Positions 1 to 10,750 of a DNA stretch of 64,000 nt are shown here, piece by piece. Position 1 is the first letter of the stretch, and each line of letters opens with the position of its first letter. Under the pieces are notes generated by a model. The model saw only the letters and a program-made list of their open reading frames with translations, searched no databases and was not told the origin of the DNA. The stretch is taken from NCBI GenBank assembly GCA_947425245.1, contig CANDYU010000001.1, positions 63,028-127,027 of the forward strand, in the 5' to 3' direction. Both the position numbers and the translations under genes were made by a program. The stretch comes from an uncultured Candidatus Saccharibacteria bacterium. Lineage in GTDB: Bacteria; Patescibacteriota; Saccharimonadia; Saccharimonadales; Saccharimonadaceae.

Positions 1-641
1 TGGCGGAGAAACTCATCCACAGCGTGCGACGAGCCGGGGAGTTCGGGGTTGTTATAGTCGTGGACGAGCATGACTCCTTGGGGCGAGAGGCGTGGCGAGA
101 CTAAATGAAGACTGGTTTTAATGGAGCCATAGAGGTCACCATCAAGAAAAGCGAAGGCAATTTTAGAAGGGAGATCTTTATCAGTAAGTTCGTTGAACCA
201 GGCTTTTTTTACGATGATGTTATGAAGACCAGCTTTCTTGATCTTGGTGATTACTTCACGCTTAGTAACGAGGAGCTCGCCGGCCTGGAAGTTTTGGCCA
301 GCACCAGAGGAATCTTCGGAAGTCTTAGTGGGGAGACCGGCGAATGAGTCATAAATCCACAGTTTTTTAGCAGTTTTCCACTGATTTTCCACAGGTTTTC
401 CACAGGATGAAGAGGAGAGCTGATAATTCCCCAGTTCGGGGTCGGACGGATTAGAGGAGTCAGAGGGGCTGGACCTGGTGGTAGCTGGAAAATGTTGGGC
501 AAGCAGTTTACCGAGGAGGATTGAGGTGTCGCCTCGGTAACAGCCTAATTCGACATAGTCTCCTTCTATAGTAAGGGTTTTGGTGGCGAGTTCGAGGATA
601 ATTTGGGTCTCCTCGGTGGTGACTTGATCGTTTGTTGACAT
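1..641 (-). CDS. Class I SAM-dependent methyltransferase, TylF/MycF (macrocin-O-methyltransferase)-like; C-terminus lies beyond the window edge
   Basis: My own reverse-strand translation from the ATG at 639-641 is open to the window edge, so it is absent from the ORF track. Motifs: EGDYVELGCYRGDTS, LWIYDSFAGLP, AFAFLDGDLYGS, GVMLVHDYN. A low-complexity insert of about 45 aa carries three TTTTCCAC(A/T) repeats. Confidence 0.6.
   Translation of the reverse strand, partial: MSTNDQVTTEETQIILELATKTLTIEGDYVELGCYRGDTSILLGKLLAQHFPATTRSSPSDSSNPSDPELGNYQLSSSSCGKPVENQWKTAKKLWIYDSFAGLPTKTSEDSSGAGQNFQAGELLVTKREVITKIKKAGLHNIIVKKAWFNELTDKDLPSKIAFAFLDGDLYGSIKTSLHLVSPRLSPQGVMLVHDYNNPELPGSSHAVDEFLR
375..405. 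repeat. Three DnaA-box-like 9-mers (TTTTCCACT, TTTTCCACA, TTTTCCACA) at 11-bp spacing inside the methyltransferase ORF
   Basis: Direct reading: starts at 375, 386 and 397. The same 9-mer occurs in the dnaA flanks. Confidence 0.6.
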
Positions 642-676
642 TTTTAGTAATCTGTGATATAATGAAGTTAATAGAA

Positions 677-1876
677 CTAGGTATTGGGGTTTTCTTGGCG
701 GGAGAGGAGGATTTTGGCACGGCGAATCATGGCGTCAGTTTCGTTAGTCTGGATGACGTAAATCGGAAGGGAAGATTTGGCCGAGATATCAATGTGTTGG
801 TGGTCGCCAAGACCAGCGTTGTTTTTTGTGTCGTTGAGGTGGAAGTTAAGATAGCCGAGGCCAGAGACGACATCGCGGCGGACTTCAGCATTGCGTTCGC
901 CGATTGTGGCGGTGAAGACGAGAGCATCAACGCCCTGCATGGAAGCTACCATCTCGCCGATGGCTCGCTGGATGCGGTAAATATACATGTCGTAAGCCAG
1001 CTGGGCACGGGGGTGATCAGCACGGGCTTCGATAATCTCCCGCAGGTCGCTGCTGATACCGCTGACGCCTAGGAGGCCACACTGACGGTTGAGGTACTCT
1101 TCGACTGCTTCTTCGTTGAAACCTAGCTCGTGCTGAACGGCGATGGCGGCGGCAGGATCGATGTCACCGGACCGGGTTGCCATCATGATGCCTTCGAGCG
1201 GAGTGTAGCCCATGGTAGTGTCGTAGGAATAGCCATTTTTAATCGCGGTAAGAGAGGCTCCGGAGCCGAGGTGACAGGCGACGATACGTGGTACTAGGAG
1301 ATCATTGTCACGCATGTAGTTGCGGACTGCACCCATAGAGAGGCCATGATAACCATAACGTTTAATCTCGGCACGGTCAGCAAGGTCAATATCAAGGGCA
1401 TAATACTTATGAACATCATCACGAGTATGGTGGAAGTGGGAGTCGGAGATGATGACGACCGGAGTGTTAGGAAAGGCCTTGACACAGTTAGAGATTTCGG
1501 TAGCGATAATTGGAACATGGAGCGGGGCACGGCGTTTCTCTTCCTCGAGTCGGCGTAAACAGTCGTCGTCGACAATGTAATCGTCGTTAAAAAACTCGCC
1601 GGTGGCAACGACGCGGGCGAGAATTGCTTCAAGTTCGGCGTTAGGGCTTAACATTCCTTCGGCAAAAAGGATGTCGCGAGTGTAGCGAATGGTGTCGGAA
1701 ATACGCTTAAAACCGTCGGTGAGCTTTTTCTTGTGGCCGTTTGGAAGCTTATAGGTACAAATAAGACGCTTGTCTTCGGTTTCAAAATGCAAAGAACAGA
1801 GTTGTTCCTCGTCACGATAGAGGGCATACTTGCGAGAAGATGACCCTGGGTTGGTAACTAAAAATAGTTTATCCAT
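677..1876 (-). CDS. ackA: Acetate kinase
   Basis: ORF 677..2122, trimmed to the internal Met at 1876 (MDKLFLVTNPGSSSRKYALY). The NPGSSS phosphate-binding motif and the YGYHGLS and HLGSGAS motifs are typical of AckA. The upstream 82 codons overlap the divergent promoter region. Confidence 0.85.
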   Translation of the reverse strand: MDKLFLVTNPGSSSRKYALYRDEEQLCSLHFETEDKRLICTYKLPNGHKKKLTDGFKRISDTIRYTRDILFAEGMLSPNAELEAILARVVATGEFFNDDYIVDDDCLRRLEEEKRRAPLHVPIIATEISNCVKAFPNTPVVIISDSHFHHTRDDVHKYYALDIDLADRAEIKRYGYHGLSMGAVRNYMRDNDLLVPRIVACHLGSGASLTAIKNGYSYDTTMGYTPLEGIMMATRSGDIDPAAAIAVQHELGFNEEAVEEYLNRQCGLLGVSGISSDLREIIEARADHPRAQLAYDMYIYRIQRAIGEMVASMQGVDALVFTATIGERNAEVRRDVVSGLGYLNFHLNDTKNNAGLGDHQHIDISAKSSLPIYVIQTNETDAMIRRAKILLSRQENPNT

Positions 1877-1954
1877 AACACGGCTCCTTTTCCCTATTGT
1901 AGCATAGTTTAAGGTTTGGCTAGTGAGCAGGCAGAATGATGTTATACTGAAAGC

Positions 1955-3364
1955 ATGAAGAAGAGCGTAATGAGGAAGATACTGACCGGGGCGTTGTTTA
2001 TCTTGCCGGTGGTGTTTTTTGGAGTTTGTTATTTTTTGATGACGGTATGGGGTGAGGATATTATTCAAGGGGCAGGGACGACGCCGGATGTTTGGAATGA
2101 CATCAAGGGGGCGTTTATGCATAATTCGCGGCTGAGCGATATGTATGCGTGGACGGTGATTAACTTCTTTGATTTTCAGTATAGCTTTGGGGTGGACACG
2201 ATTTTTCGGCTGATTGATGTCGTGATGGCGGTGGGGATATTCTATCTGATGACAAGCATGATGCTGGGGAGGAGGCCGAAGTGGAAGCTAGAGGATGCGT
2301 TACTGTTTGGGCTGAGCTTTTTAGCGGTGATGTTGACGCCACACGGGTATACTATGTACAGAGGTTTTTCGGTGATACATAATTACTTGATTATTGGGCT
2401 GTCTACTGTAGGGTTCGGGATGCCGTTTGTGAGGAGCTATACGGGCGAGGAGGTGCCGAAACTGTATCAGAAATGGTGGTTCGCGTTGGTGATTGGGCTG
2501 GTTTTTGGGATGTCGTCGAATATTACGCCGGTTGCGTTCTTGATTTGGTTTGTGTTGATGAAAGTCTGGCAGGGTTGGCGAGAAAAGGCTTGGAAGAAGG
2601 TGTGGAGGTTGCCGGCTTGGCAGGTTTGGATGCTAGCCGGGATGGTGATTACGGTCGCGATTGCGTATGTTTTTGGGGCTGGGGTGTCGACATACGCGAA
2701 TAATCCAGTATACACGGAAACTTATGATTATGTCGCGGTGAATGAAATATTCACGAGCTTTGGTAGTTCCCTAGTGCGGATTGCGAAACATATTGCTGTG
2801 AACTTCGGATACTGCTTCGGGATGGTGGGTGCTATGGCGGTAATTTTGGGTGGACTAGCAATAGTGGTAGCCAAGATAACAAAAAAGGAGCTAAAGATTT
2901 GGCCAAAAGAGACGGCGAGTCGGCGAGTAATCGGGGCGAATTTGGGGTTTGCGGCGGTATATTTGTTATGCGGTTCACAGATTACCTTACCGGTGCGGTT
3001 GGCCTTGCCGGCGTATCTGGCGTTGGTGGTGGCCCTAGGAGTGCTGGTGAAGGGGTGGTGGATTGAGAGCGGCGTGCTAGACGAGAAGGTTCTCGAGCCG
3101 ATGCTGAGCGTCTTGGCGGTGGGACTGATGGTGCTGATAGTGGTGTTTAAGGCGGAATTTGCGATAGAATACCGCGGACCGATGAGACAAGCGTTCGAGA
3201 CGATTAGGAAGTCGACGGATGAGACGGTTTGTTTAAGCCCAGAAATTGCGAAACCAAAAAAGCTGCCCTTTGTTAATTTGGGGCAGGATGAAACTTTTGG
3301 GGAGTGGGCGTTGCCACACATGACAGTTTATCGGAAGAAAGTGGAATATTGTTCCCAATATTGA
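1955..3364 (+). CDS. Polytopic integral membrane protein of unknown function (GT-C-like topology possible)
   Basis: 469-aa ORF with at least 10 hydrophobic segments. I recognise no catalytic motif. Confidence 0.5.
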   Translation: MKKSVMRKILTGALFILPVVFFGVCYFLMTVWGEDIIQGAGTTPDVWNDIKGAFMHNSRLSDMYAWTVINFFDFQYSFGVDTIFRLIDVVMAVGIFYLMTSMMLGRRPKWKLEDALLFGLSFLAVMLTPHGYTMYRGFSVIHNYLIIGLSTVGFGMPFVRSYTGEEVPKLYQKWWFALVIGLVFGMSSNITPVAFLIWFVLMKVWQGWREKAWKKVWRLPAWQVWMLAGMVITVAIAYVFGAGVSTYANNPVYTETYDYVAVNEIFTSFGSSLVRIAKHIAVNFGYCFGMVGAMAVILGGLAIVVAKITKKELKIWPKETASRRVIGANLGFAAVYLLCGSQITLPVRLALPAYLALVVALGVLVKGWWIESGVLDEKVLEPMLSVLAVGLMVLIVVFKAEFAIEYRGPMRQAFETIRKSTDETVCLSPEIAKPKKLPFVNLGQDETFGEWALPHMTVYRKKVEYCSQY

Positions 3365-3454
3365 TGGGTATGGAAAAGCCCGAGGATAGGGACGATACGA
3401 ATGAGTATCAATCTCGCACGAATGAGTGCACCTCGAGCTTTTGATTTCAGTGGT

Positions 3455-4033
3455 TTAGTTGATGATCAACTCTGCAAGCTCGGCTTCGGTAAAACCAAAG
3501 CGATCCTGCAAAAGCCGGCACACGAAGTCCTTCGGCCAGTACAGCCAGCGAACCGCATGCCATGCGGTAAGGACCTCCTTGACCATCCCCTTATCGACGG
3601 GACGATCAATGTATGACGCCAGATGATGCACGCCATCACAATCAGAACGATTGCAGAGCGTAAATTCGTATCCTTCACCCGAAATCTTTTGTTCGCTATA
3701 GTTCCACCAGCCGTACTCATCCCGACGATTGTTCAGGAGGATGGTGTATTCCTCGGCGGAGTGGGCCCGAGCCTCTTTCCCGAAGGAAAGCAGCCACATC
3801 AGCAGGTCGTCGTTCCTGTGCGGAACTTTGAGCTTGTCGATGCTAGGCTTTGAGCCATTACAAGACACTATAAAAGCGTCCCCTGGCTTCACATTGGCAC
3901 GGTCGGCGACTTTTTCTCCCTTCCAGAAGATGGTCAGCTGACCCTTCGGGTTATAGCAATAAGTTGTAGACATGCTATTACCTACTCTCTCCTGGTGAGC
4001 GATTTCCTTGACGAATAATCTCTGGTTTGCCAT
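3455..4033 (-). CDS. Hypothetical cytoplasmic protein
   Basis: 192-aa ORF with no recognisable motifs. It is an isolated gene followed by about 390 bp of non-coding DNA. An alternative start at MSTTYCY is possible. Confidence 0.4.
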   Translation of the reverse strand: MANQRLFVKEIAHQERVGNSMSTTYCYNPKGQLTIFWKGEKVADRANVKPGDAFIVSCNGSKPSIDKLKVPHRNDDLLMWLLSFGKEARAHSAEEYTILLNNRRDEYGWWNYSEQKISGEGYEFTLCNRSDCDGVHHLASYIDRPVDKGMVKEVLTAWHAVRWLYWPKDFVCRLLQDRFGFTEAELAELIIN

Positions 4034-4357
4034 AATGTTCTTTCCCTACTACCCGGTTCCCAGCCGGCGTTCGTTCTCGAATGATAAACTGACAAAGATT
4101 TACCATTCTTGCCCCGCCGGGGCTGAGCATTCCTGTATTTTTGTGGGTAGCACAAGAAAGCTATCGAAAAACTAAAACCACTTTCAATGTACTTAAGCCC
4201 TTCTAAGGCATTGTCAGTTCTACGTAGTAGAGCTGGGTTATATAGATATAACCGTAAGCCTTATCAAGCTTATGTTTACATTGTAGCACAGACGATGAAA
4301 ATTGTCAATGGTTTTTATAGTTAATTTGCAAAAATGGAAATAAACTTGGGAAACAAT

Positions 4358-4384
4358 GAAAAGTACCCATTGCTGGGTACTTTT
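4358..4384 (-). terminator. Rho-independent terminator downstream of dnaK
   Basis: Hairpin AAAGTACCCA-ttgc-TGGGTACTTT followed by a T-run on the minus strand. Confidence 0.6.
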
Positions 4385-4420
4385 AGCGGGTCGTTCCCTG
4401 CCGAAATTGGCGATGGGGGA

Positions 4421-6319
<1,899 letters not shown>

Positions 6320-6338
6320 AAAATTTCCTTTCTTTAAT

Positions 6339-6486
6339 AACTAGTTGAGAGTAGCTAGGCTACCATTCTTTTCGGGACACGCTCGTGCCGGCCTGTCGTT
6401 ACAGGCGGCTTACTCGCTTCGCCCGGCTCCCGTTGTCGCCGGAGATTCCCGAGAAAGAACCGTAGCCTAGTTGCTCGCAGCTAGTT
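6339..6486. repeat. Long imperfect hairpin element (about 148 nt) in the dnaK 5' leader
   Basis: Outer arms AACTAG..TAGCTAGGCTAC..TCGGGA pair with TCCCGA..GTAGCCTAG..CTAGTT. The inner hairpin GCCTGT-CGTT-ACAGGC matches the one in the 17138-17265 element. Confidence 0.5.
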
Positions 6487-6523
6487 CTTAAATAAATGCA
6501 ATTCTTATTTCAATGTTATATCA

Positions 6524-6550
6524 TTAGCAGTCGTATGTCAAGACTGCTAA
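6524..6550. promoter_or_regulatory. CIRCE-like HrcA operator (TTAGCAGTC-N9-GACTGCTAA)
   Basis: A 9-N9-9 inverted repeat that closely matches the CIRCE consensus TTAGCACTC-N9-GAGTGCTAA, located upstream of dnaK. Confidence 0.8.
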
Positions 6551-6558
6551 TTAAGATA

Positions 6559-6587
6559 ATTGTAGCAAATTGGCAGTCGAGTGTCAA
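6559..6587 (-). promoter_or_regulatory. Putative sigma-70-type dnaK promoter interleaved with the CIRCE pair
   Basis: On the minus strand a TTGACA (6582-6587) lies inside the spacer of the upstream CIRCE. It is followed by a 17-nt spacer and TACAAT (6559-6564). Confidence 0.5.
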
Positions 6588-6596
6588 GAGTGCTAA
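6570..6596. promoter_or_regulatory. Second CIRCE-like operator (TTGGCAGTC-N9-GAGTGCTAA)
   Basis: Same 9-N9-9 architecture, 19 bp from the first copy. Confidence 0.7.
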
Positions 6597-6790
6597 TTTA
6601 TGATTACAAGAACGGTGGAGAAAAGCGGCAAGAGCGGTAATATGCCGTTACGTAAACGGTAGAGCAAAGTGTCAATAATACTAATGTGCTTGGCATGAAC
6701 GATAGAAAAGCCTCCAGGAGGAATCGCTGGGGGCTGAGTTTAGAGGTTACGCAGATTAGAAAGAATAATAGAATGCAAAGAGAAAGCATA

Positions 6791-7387
6791 TTACAGATTC
6801 TCTAAATTCAAAATGTGGTTAAATTTACCGCTGGTTACTCCTTCATACTGAAGTTGGATAAATTTTTCGCTCACGATGTTGCCGCACCAAGCGTCGATAC
6901 CGACATTAATGAGCGGTTCGCCGTTCGAGAGCTGACGGGTGCGCCAGAAGCCATGAGCATGAGCACAGAGAGCAGGCATAGGAACGGAGAAACCAATGAC
7001 ATCCTTAGGACGGTGGGCGATACGCCAGGTTCGACCGCCGATTTCGACAAATTGAAAACCGGTGAAGACTTCTAGGCGGTTGCGGTGGTTCGGTAAGCGT
7101 TTAAAGGCTTCGTCGGCAAAATTTTCAATATGTTGTTCTTTATTACCGCAGATAATAAAGAGGCGGCAATCGGGCAGTTGGTCATAAAACTGAAGGTACT
7201 TAGCGTCTGTAATCAAATCGCCAAGAAGGTAAAGTTCATCATTTATGCCAATTTGGGCGTGGCACTGAGCGAGAAAATGCCGCTGGAGTTCTTCGGGAGA
7301 GAAACCCCGGTAGTAAGACGGATTGCCTGGGGCAGGGATTTCGCCAACATGAAGGTCGGCGCTGAAAAATTTAGACATTTTGGTCAC
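6791..7387 (-). CDS. Metallophosphoesterase (calcineurin-like)
   Basis: Motifs FSADLHVG, LLGDL, GNKE and HAHGF match the order of metallophosphoesterase metal-binding motifs. Confidence 0.75.
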   Translation of the reverse strand: MTKMSKFFSADLHVGEIPAPGNPSYYRGFSPEELQRHFLAQCHAQIGINDELYLLGDLITDAKYLQFYDQLPDCRLFIICGNKEQHIENFADEAFKRLPNHRNRLEVFTGFQFVEIGGRTWRIAHRPKDVIGFSVPMPALCAHAHGFWRTRQLSNGEPLINVGIDAWCGNIVSEKFIQLQYEGVTSGKFNHILNLENL

Positions 7388-7539
7388 CTCTTTCTGATAA
7401 GATACGACTATTACTAGTGATAAACGTTTTTATTATATACAGAAAGCTGATTTTGTCAAGAGAGTAACAATGAGCTGGGCGGTATTCTAGTAAGGATGGG
7501 TTGTGCTGTAGGGGTAAGAGCTGATAGAATAAGGAGAAG

Positions 7540-8220
7540 ATGACTAAAGATACGAATTCTGGGCAAAAGAGAAATTGGCGGAAAATTTTTAATCAGGTAG
7601 TACTATTGTTTTTGATTGGGTGTATTTTTGGGACATATTACGAAGAAATTATTACGATTTTTAAGAATTTTTGGGGGACGGGACAGATTATTTGGGAGTC
7701 TCGGCGGGGGTTATTATATGGGCCATTTTCGCCGGTGTATGGGATTGGGGCGGTGTTGATTTATTTGGTGTTTTATTTGCCAAAATTGAAATGGTGGCAG
7801 TGTCTGGGGTTCGGAGCGTTGTTTGGGGGTGCGTTAGAATTTGGGCTGAGCGTGGTGCAGGAATGGATGTTTGGGACGATTTCTTGGGATTATTCGGATC
7901 GGCCGCTGAATATTGCGGGGCGAACAACAATTCCCTATATGCTGTTTTGGGGAGTATTGGTCATGCTGCTGGCGAGGTGGGTTTGTCCGTGGTTGGATGA
8001 GATATATAAGAAGTTGCCGGAGAAAAATGTGAATCTGGCATGTGCGATTATTGCAGCGGTACTGATGGCGGATATTGGAATTTCCCTGCTAGCGGCGGCA
8101 AGACAGTCGGCAAGGCGAGCGGGCGACCCGGCAGACAATCCGATTGAGGTAGTGCTGGATAAATATTATGATGATGAGAGAATGAGCAAAACTTACCGGA
8201 ATACGAGGGTGGCGGAATAA
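7540..8220 (+). CDS. Membrane protein, DUF1113/CmpB-like (putative ABC-transporter type IV family)
   Basis: About 5 TM segments and the YGPFSPVYGIGAV motif. The family call is from memory only. Confidence 0.45.
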   Translation: MTKDTNSGQKRNWRKIFNQVVLLFLIGCIFGTYYEEIITIFKNFWGTGQIIWESRRGLLYGPFSPVYGIGAVLIYLVFYLPKLKWWQCLGFGALFGGALEFGLSVVQEWMFGTISWDYSDRPLNIAGRTTIPYMLFWGVLVMLLARWVCPWLDEIYKKLPEKNVNLACAIIAAVLMADIGISLLAAARQSARRAGDPADNPIEVVLDKYYDDERMSKTYRNTRVAE

Positions 8221-8239
8221 TTTGCTGGGGGCGGGCAGA

Positions 8240-9421
8240 ATGGCGTATAATTGGGATATGAGTGAAGTATTAAAGCATACAAACGAAGCAAGCAGGGAGA
8301 AGTCAGAAGATTTGACGGATGTGGCCGGGATTGTGGAACTGGTACGGAATGGATTAGCAAGAGCCAATAACGAGAGAGGCGGCTTAGCGGAGCTTGGGCC
8401 TAAGGAGGGGCGGTTTGAGGTATTTAGACTGCCAGAGGCGATTACGAAAAGGTATGAGTTTCTAACGAAGTTGCCGAAAAATGTAGCTGTCATGGGTGGG
8501 ATGGCACGAAGTATTGCACGCGAGATAATTACTGGAGACCGGGAACCGATTCGGGATATTGACCTGGTGAATATATTAGGGTCGGACGGGGAGAGTTATA
8601 ACGACTGGAAGACGCTGGATAGTTTGGCGGCGGAGTATATGCCGGACGACTATGCGTTCGGACATGGAATCCAGAGTGAGACGCTAGAAAGATATTTTGG
8701 GACGCGGGATTTTACGATTAATGAAGCCTTGGTGATGAATGGAGCTTTGGTTGTTAGTAGTCAGGCGTATGATGATTTGCAAGAGAATATTATTCGACCG
8801 ACAGAATATGAGCAGCCGGACAGCAGAAGGCCGGCGTCGGGTCGGTTGGCGTTACGGGCGTTAACGATGCAGACGGTGTTGCGTGAATGTACGAGTTCAT
8901 ATCCGTTGATTGAGGATATGAATATAGATAGCGACTATATTGGGTCGTTTGATGTGGCAGTGCAGCTGAATAAGGCGATGGGTCGCGGAGCGGAGACGGC
9001 GGAGAGATTTACGGAGCTTTTGGCGGATTATAATATTATTCCGGCGGAGTTGGGCGGAAAGCCAAAGGCGACGGCACGTTATCTGTTAAAATATCGGGTG
9101 TATAATTTTGAGTTTCGGGCGAATGGTGATAAGCGGGTGAGCGAGAAGCAGCATTCAAGCAAAGAAGGCGGATTTTATCAGCCGGGAGTGGCCTCGACGG
9201 TTTACCATGCGACCGATCCGGCGATTCAGGAGGCACTTGAGGAGTACGATGACGATATCCGGACAGAGCGGCGGGATGGGCATTATACCCAAGAGGAGTT
9301 TGACGAAATTAACCGGCAACAGTATGAGGGTTGTGACGATGACAGCTGGGATGACGATGATGAGTGGAGGGATTGGGATGAATACGAAGATGATGCCTAT
9401 GACGAAGACGAGGAGGATTAG
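8240..9421 (+). CDS. Nucleotidyltransferase of the CCA-adding/poly(A) polymerase head-domain family, with an extremely acidic C-terminal tail
   Basis: Motifs MGGMARSIAREI..IRDIDLV and RDFTINEA. The last roughly 40 aa are rich in D, E and W. The start is moved to the ATG at 8240 because the ORF track begins at a TTG. Confidence 0.55.
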   Translation: MAYNWDMSEVLKHTNEASREKSEDLTDVAGIVELVRNGLARANNERGGLAELGPKEGRFEVFRLPEAITKRYEFLTKLPKNVAVMGGMARSIAREIITGDREPIRDIDLVNILGSDGESYNDWKTLDSLAAEYMPDDYAFGHGIQSETLERYFGTRDFTINEALVMNGALVVSSQAYDDLQENIIRPTEYEQPDSRRPASGRLALRALTMQTVLRECTSSYPLIEDMNIDSDYIGSFDVAVQLNKAMGRGAETAERFTELLADYNIIPAELGGKPKATARYLLKYRVYNFEFRANGDKRVSEKQHSSKEGGFYQPGVASTVYHATDPAIQEALEEYDDDIRTERRDGHYTQEEFDEINRQQYEGCDDDSWDDDDEWRDWDEYEDDAYDEDEED

Positions 9422-9434
9422 CTCGGAAAGGTGG

Positions 9435-9463
9435 TTGACAGGAGTAAAGAGGTTCGCTATAAT
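9435..9463 (+). promoter_or_regulatory. Consensus sigma-70 promoter upstream of nusA
   Basis: TTGACA (9435-9440), a 17-nt spacer, then TATAAT (9458-9463). Confidence 0.6.
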
Positions 9464-9556
9464 TAAGGTATACTGATATTGACCGACCCGAAAAGGGGCG
9501 GTTTTTCGTTTGGGAGAGATCCTGAGGCGAAAAGTTTAAATAGATAAGGAGAGTAA

Positions 9557-10705
9557 ATGGAAGGTTTAGACCTGCGGCAGTTAAGTGCGATGACGAAAGT
9601 GATTGCAGAGGAAAAAGGTCTGCCGGAAGACACAATATTAGAGGTCGTACAGATGGCAATTGCGGCGGCGTGGCGTAAAGATCACGGTGATAAGGAGATG
9701 AATGTACGAGCTTTATTAGATACGAATACTGGTAAGGCTACCGTGTTTATTGAGCGTGAGGTAATTGAAGACGGTTTAGCCTATAATCCGGCAACCGAGA
9801 TTCCACTAGCTGAAGCAAAGGCGATTAAGCCGGAAGCCGAGATTGGCGATCTAGTTGAAGAATCAGAGGAGGTGACAGACTTTGGTCGCGTGGCGGCAAT
9901 GACAGCAAAACAAGTAGTTGTGCAGAGGTTGCGCGAGGCAGAGCGAGACGCGGTCTTGTCGGAGTTTGAGGACAAGATTGGCACAGTAATGACAGGTGTG
10001 GTGTCTCGTGTTGAGCCGAGAGTAATTAAGATTGATCTGGGGAAGGCTCAGGGTATTATGCCAAAGAGCGAACAGATTGATGGCGAAGTGTTTGGAGTGG
10101 GTGACCGAGTTAAGGTTTATCTCAAGGGGGTGGAGCATGATGACATGCGAGCTCAGTTGATTTTGTCACGAGGTAGTGCGGAGTTTATTGAGTATCTATT
10201 CCGCCAGGAAGTGCCAGAGCTGGAGACTGGATCAGTAGAGATTAAGGGGATTGCTCGCGAAGCGGGACGCCGGACGAAGATTGCGGTAGTATCAACGGTG
10301 CCAGGAGTGGATCCGGTGGGAACCTTTGTGGGTGGACGCGGTATGCGGGTACAGGCCATCATGAACGAGATTGGTGATCGAGAAAAGATTGATATTATTA
10401 ACTGGAGCGAGAATCCGTCGGAATATATTCGTGAGGCTCTTAGTCCGGCCGAGGTAGTTAAAGTAGAAATTGATGGCAAGAAAGCGAAGGTTTTTGTCAC
10501 CGAAGATCAGCAGTCAATTGCGATTGGTCGTCAGGGGCAAAATGTGCGGCTGGCTTCGAAGTTAACTGGATATGACCTTGATATTCAGCTGGCAAAGGCA
10601 CCGGAAAAGAAGAAACGGAAAAATGCGGAAGATTCCCTCTTGAATGCCTTGAGTCAAAGCGACGAAGAGGCCGAGGAGACATCAGAAGGTGGCGAAACGG
10701 AGTAG
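9557..10705 (+). CDS. nusA: Transcription termination/antitermination factor NusA
   Basis: 382 aa with an N-terminal domain, an S1 domain and two KH domains (GRQGQNVRLASKLTG). Confidence 0.95.
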   Translation: MEGLDLRQLSAMTKVIAEEKGLPEDTILEVVQMAIAAAWRKDHGDKEMNVRALLDTNTGKATVFIEREVIEDGLAYNPATEIPLAEAKAIKPEAEIGDLVEESEEVTDFGRVAAMTAKQVVVQRLREAERDAVLSEFEDKIGTVMTGVVSRVEPRVIKIDLGKAQGIMPKSEQIDGEVFGVGDRVKVYLKGVEHDDMRAQLILSRGSAEFIEYLFRQEVPELETGSVEIKGIAREAGRRTKIAVVSTVPGVDPVGTFVGGRGMRVQAIMNEIGDREKIDIINWSENPSEYIREALSPAEVVKVEIDGKKAKVFVTEDQQSIAIGRQGQNVRLASKLTGYDLDIQLAKAPEKKKRKNAEDSLLNALSQSDEEAEETSEGGETE

Positions 10706-10727
10706 ATTAGGCTCTTAACACGAGAAG

Positions 10728-10750
10728 TCCGCCCTTCGGGGCGGATTTTT
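10728..10750 (+). terminator. Rho-independent terminator after nusA
   Basis: TCCGCCC-ttcg-GGGCGGA followed by TTTTT. Confidence 0.75.

Noticed and set aside
105-720. ORFs 105..347(+), 251..502(-) and 508..720(-).
   Set aside because: They overlap the edge-truncated methyltransferase frame (1..641, minus strand), which carries clear family motifs. These alternative frames give Pro/Ser-rich nonsense.
6604-6789. A 61-aa hydrophobic ORF upstream of the dnaK regulatory region.
   Set aside because: It has no RBS or conserved features and lies between a promoter region and the end of a convergent gene. There is not enough evidence to call it a gene.
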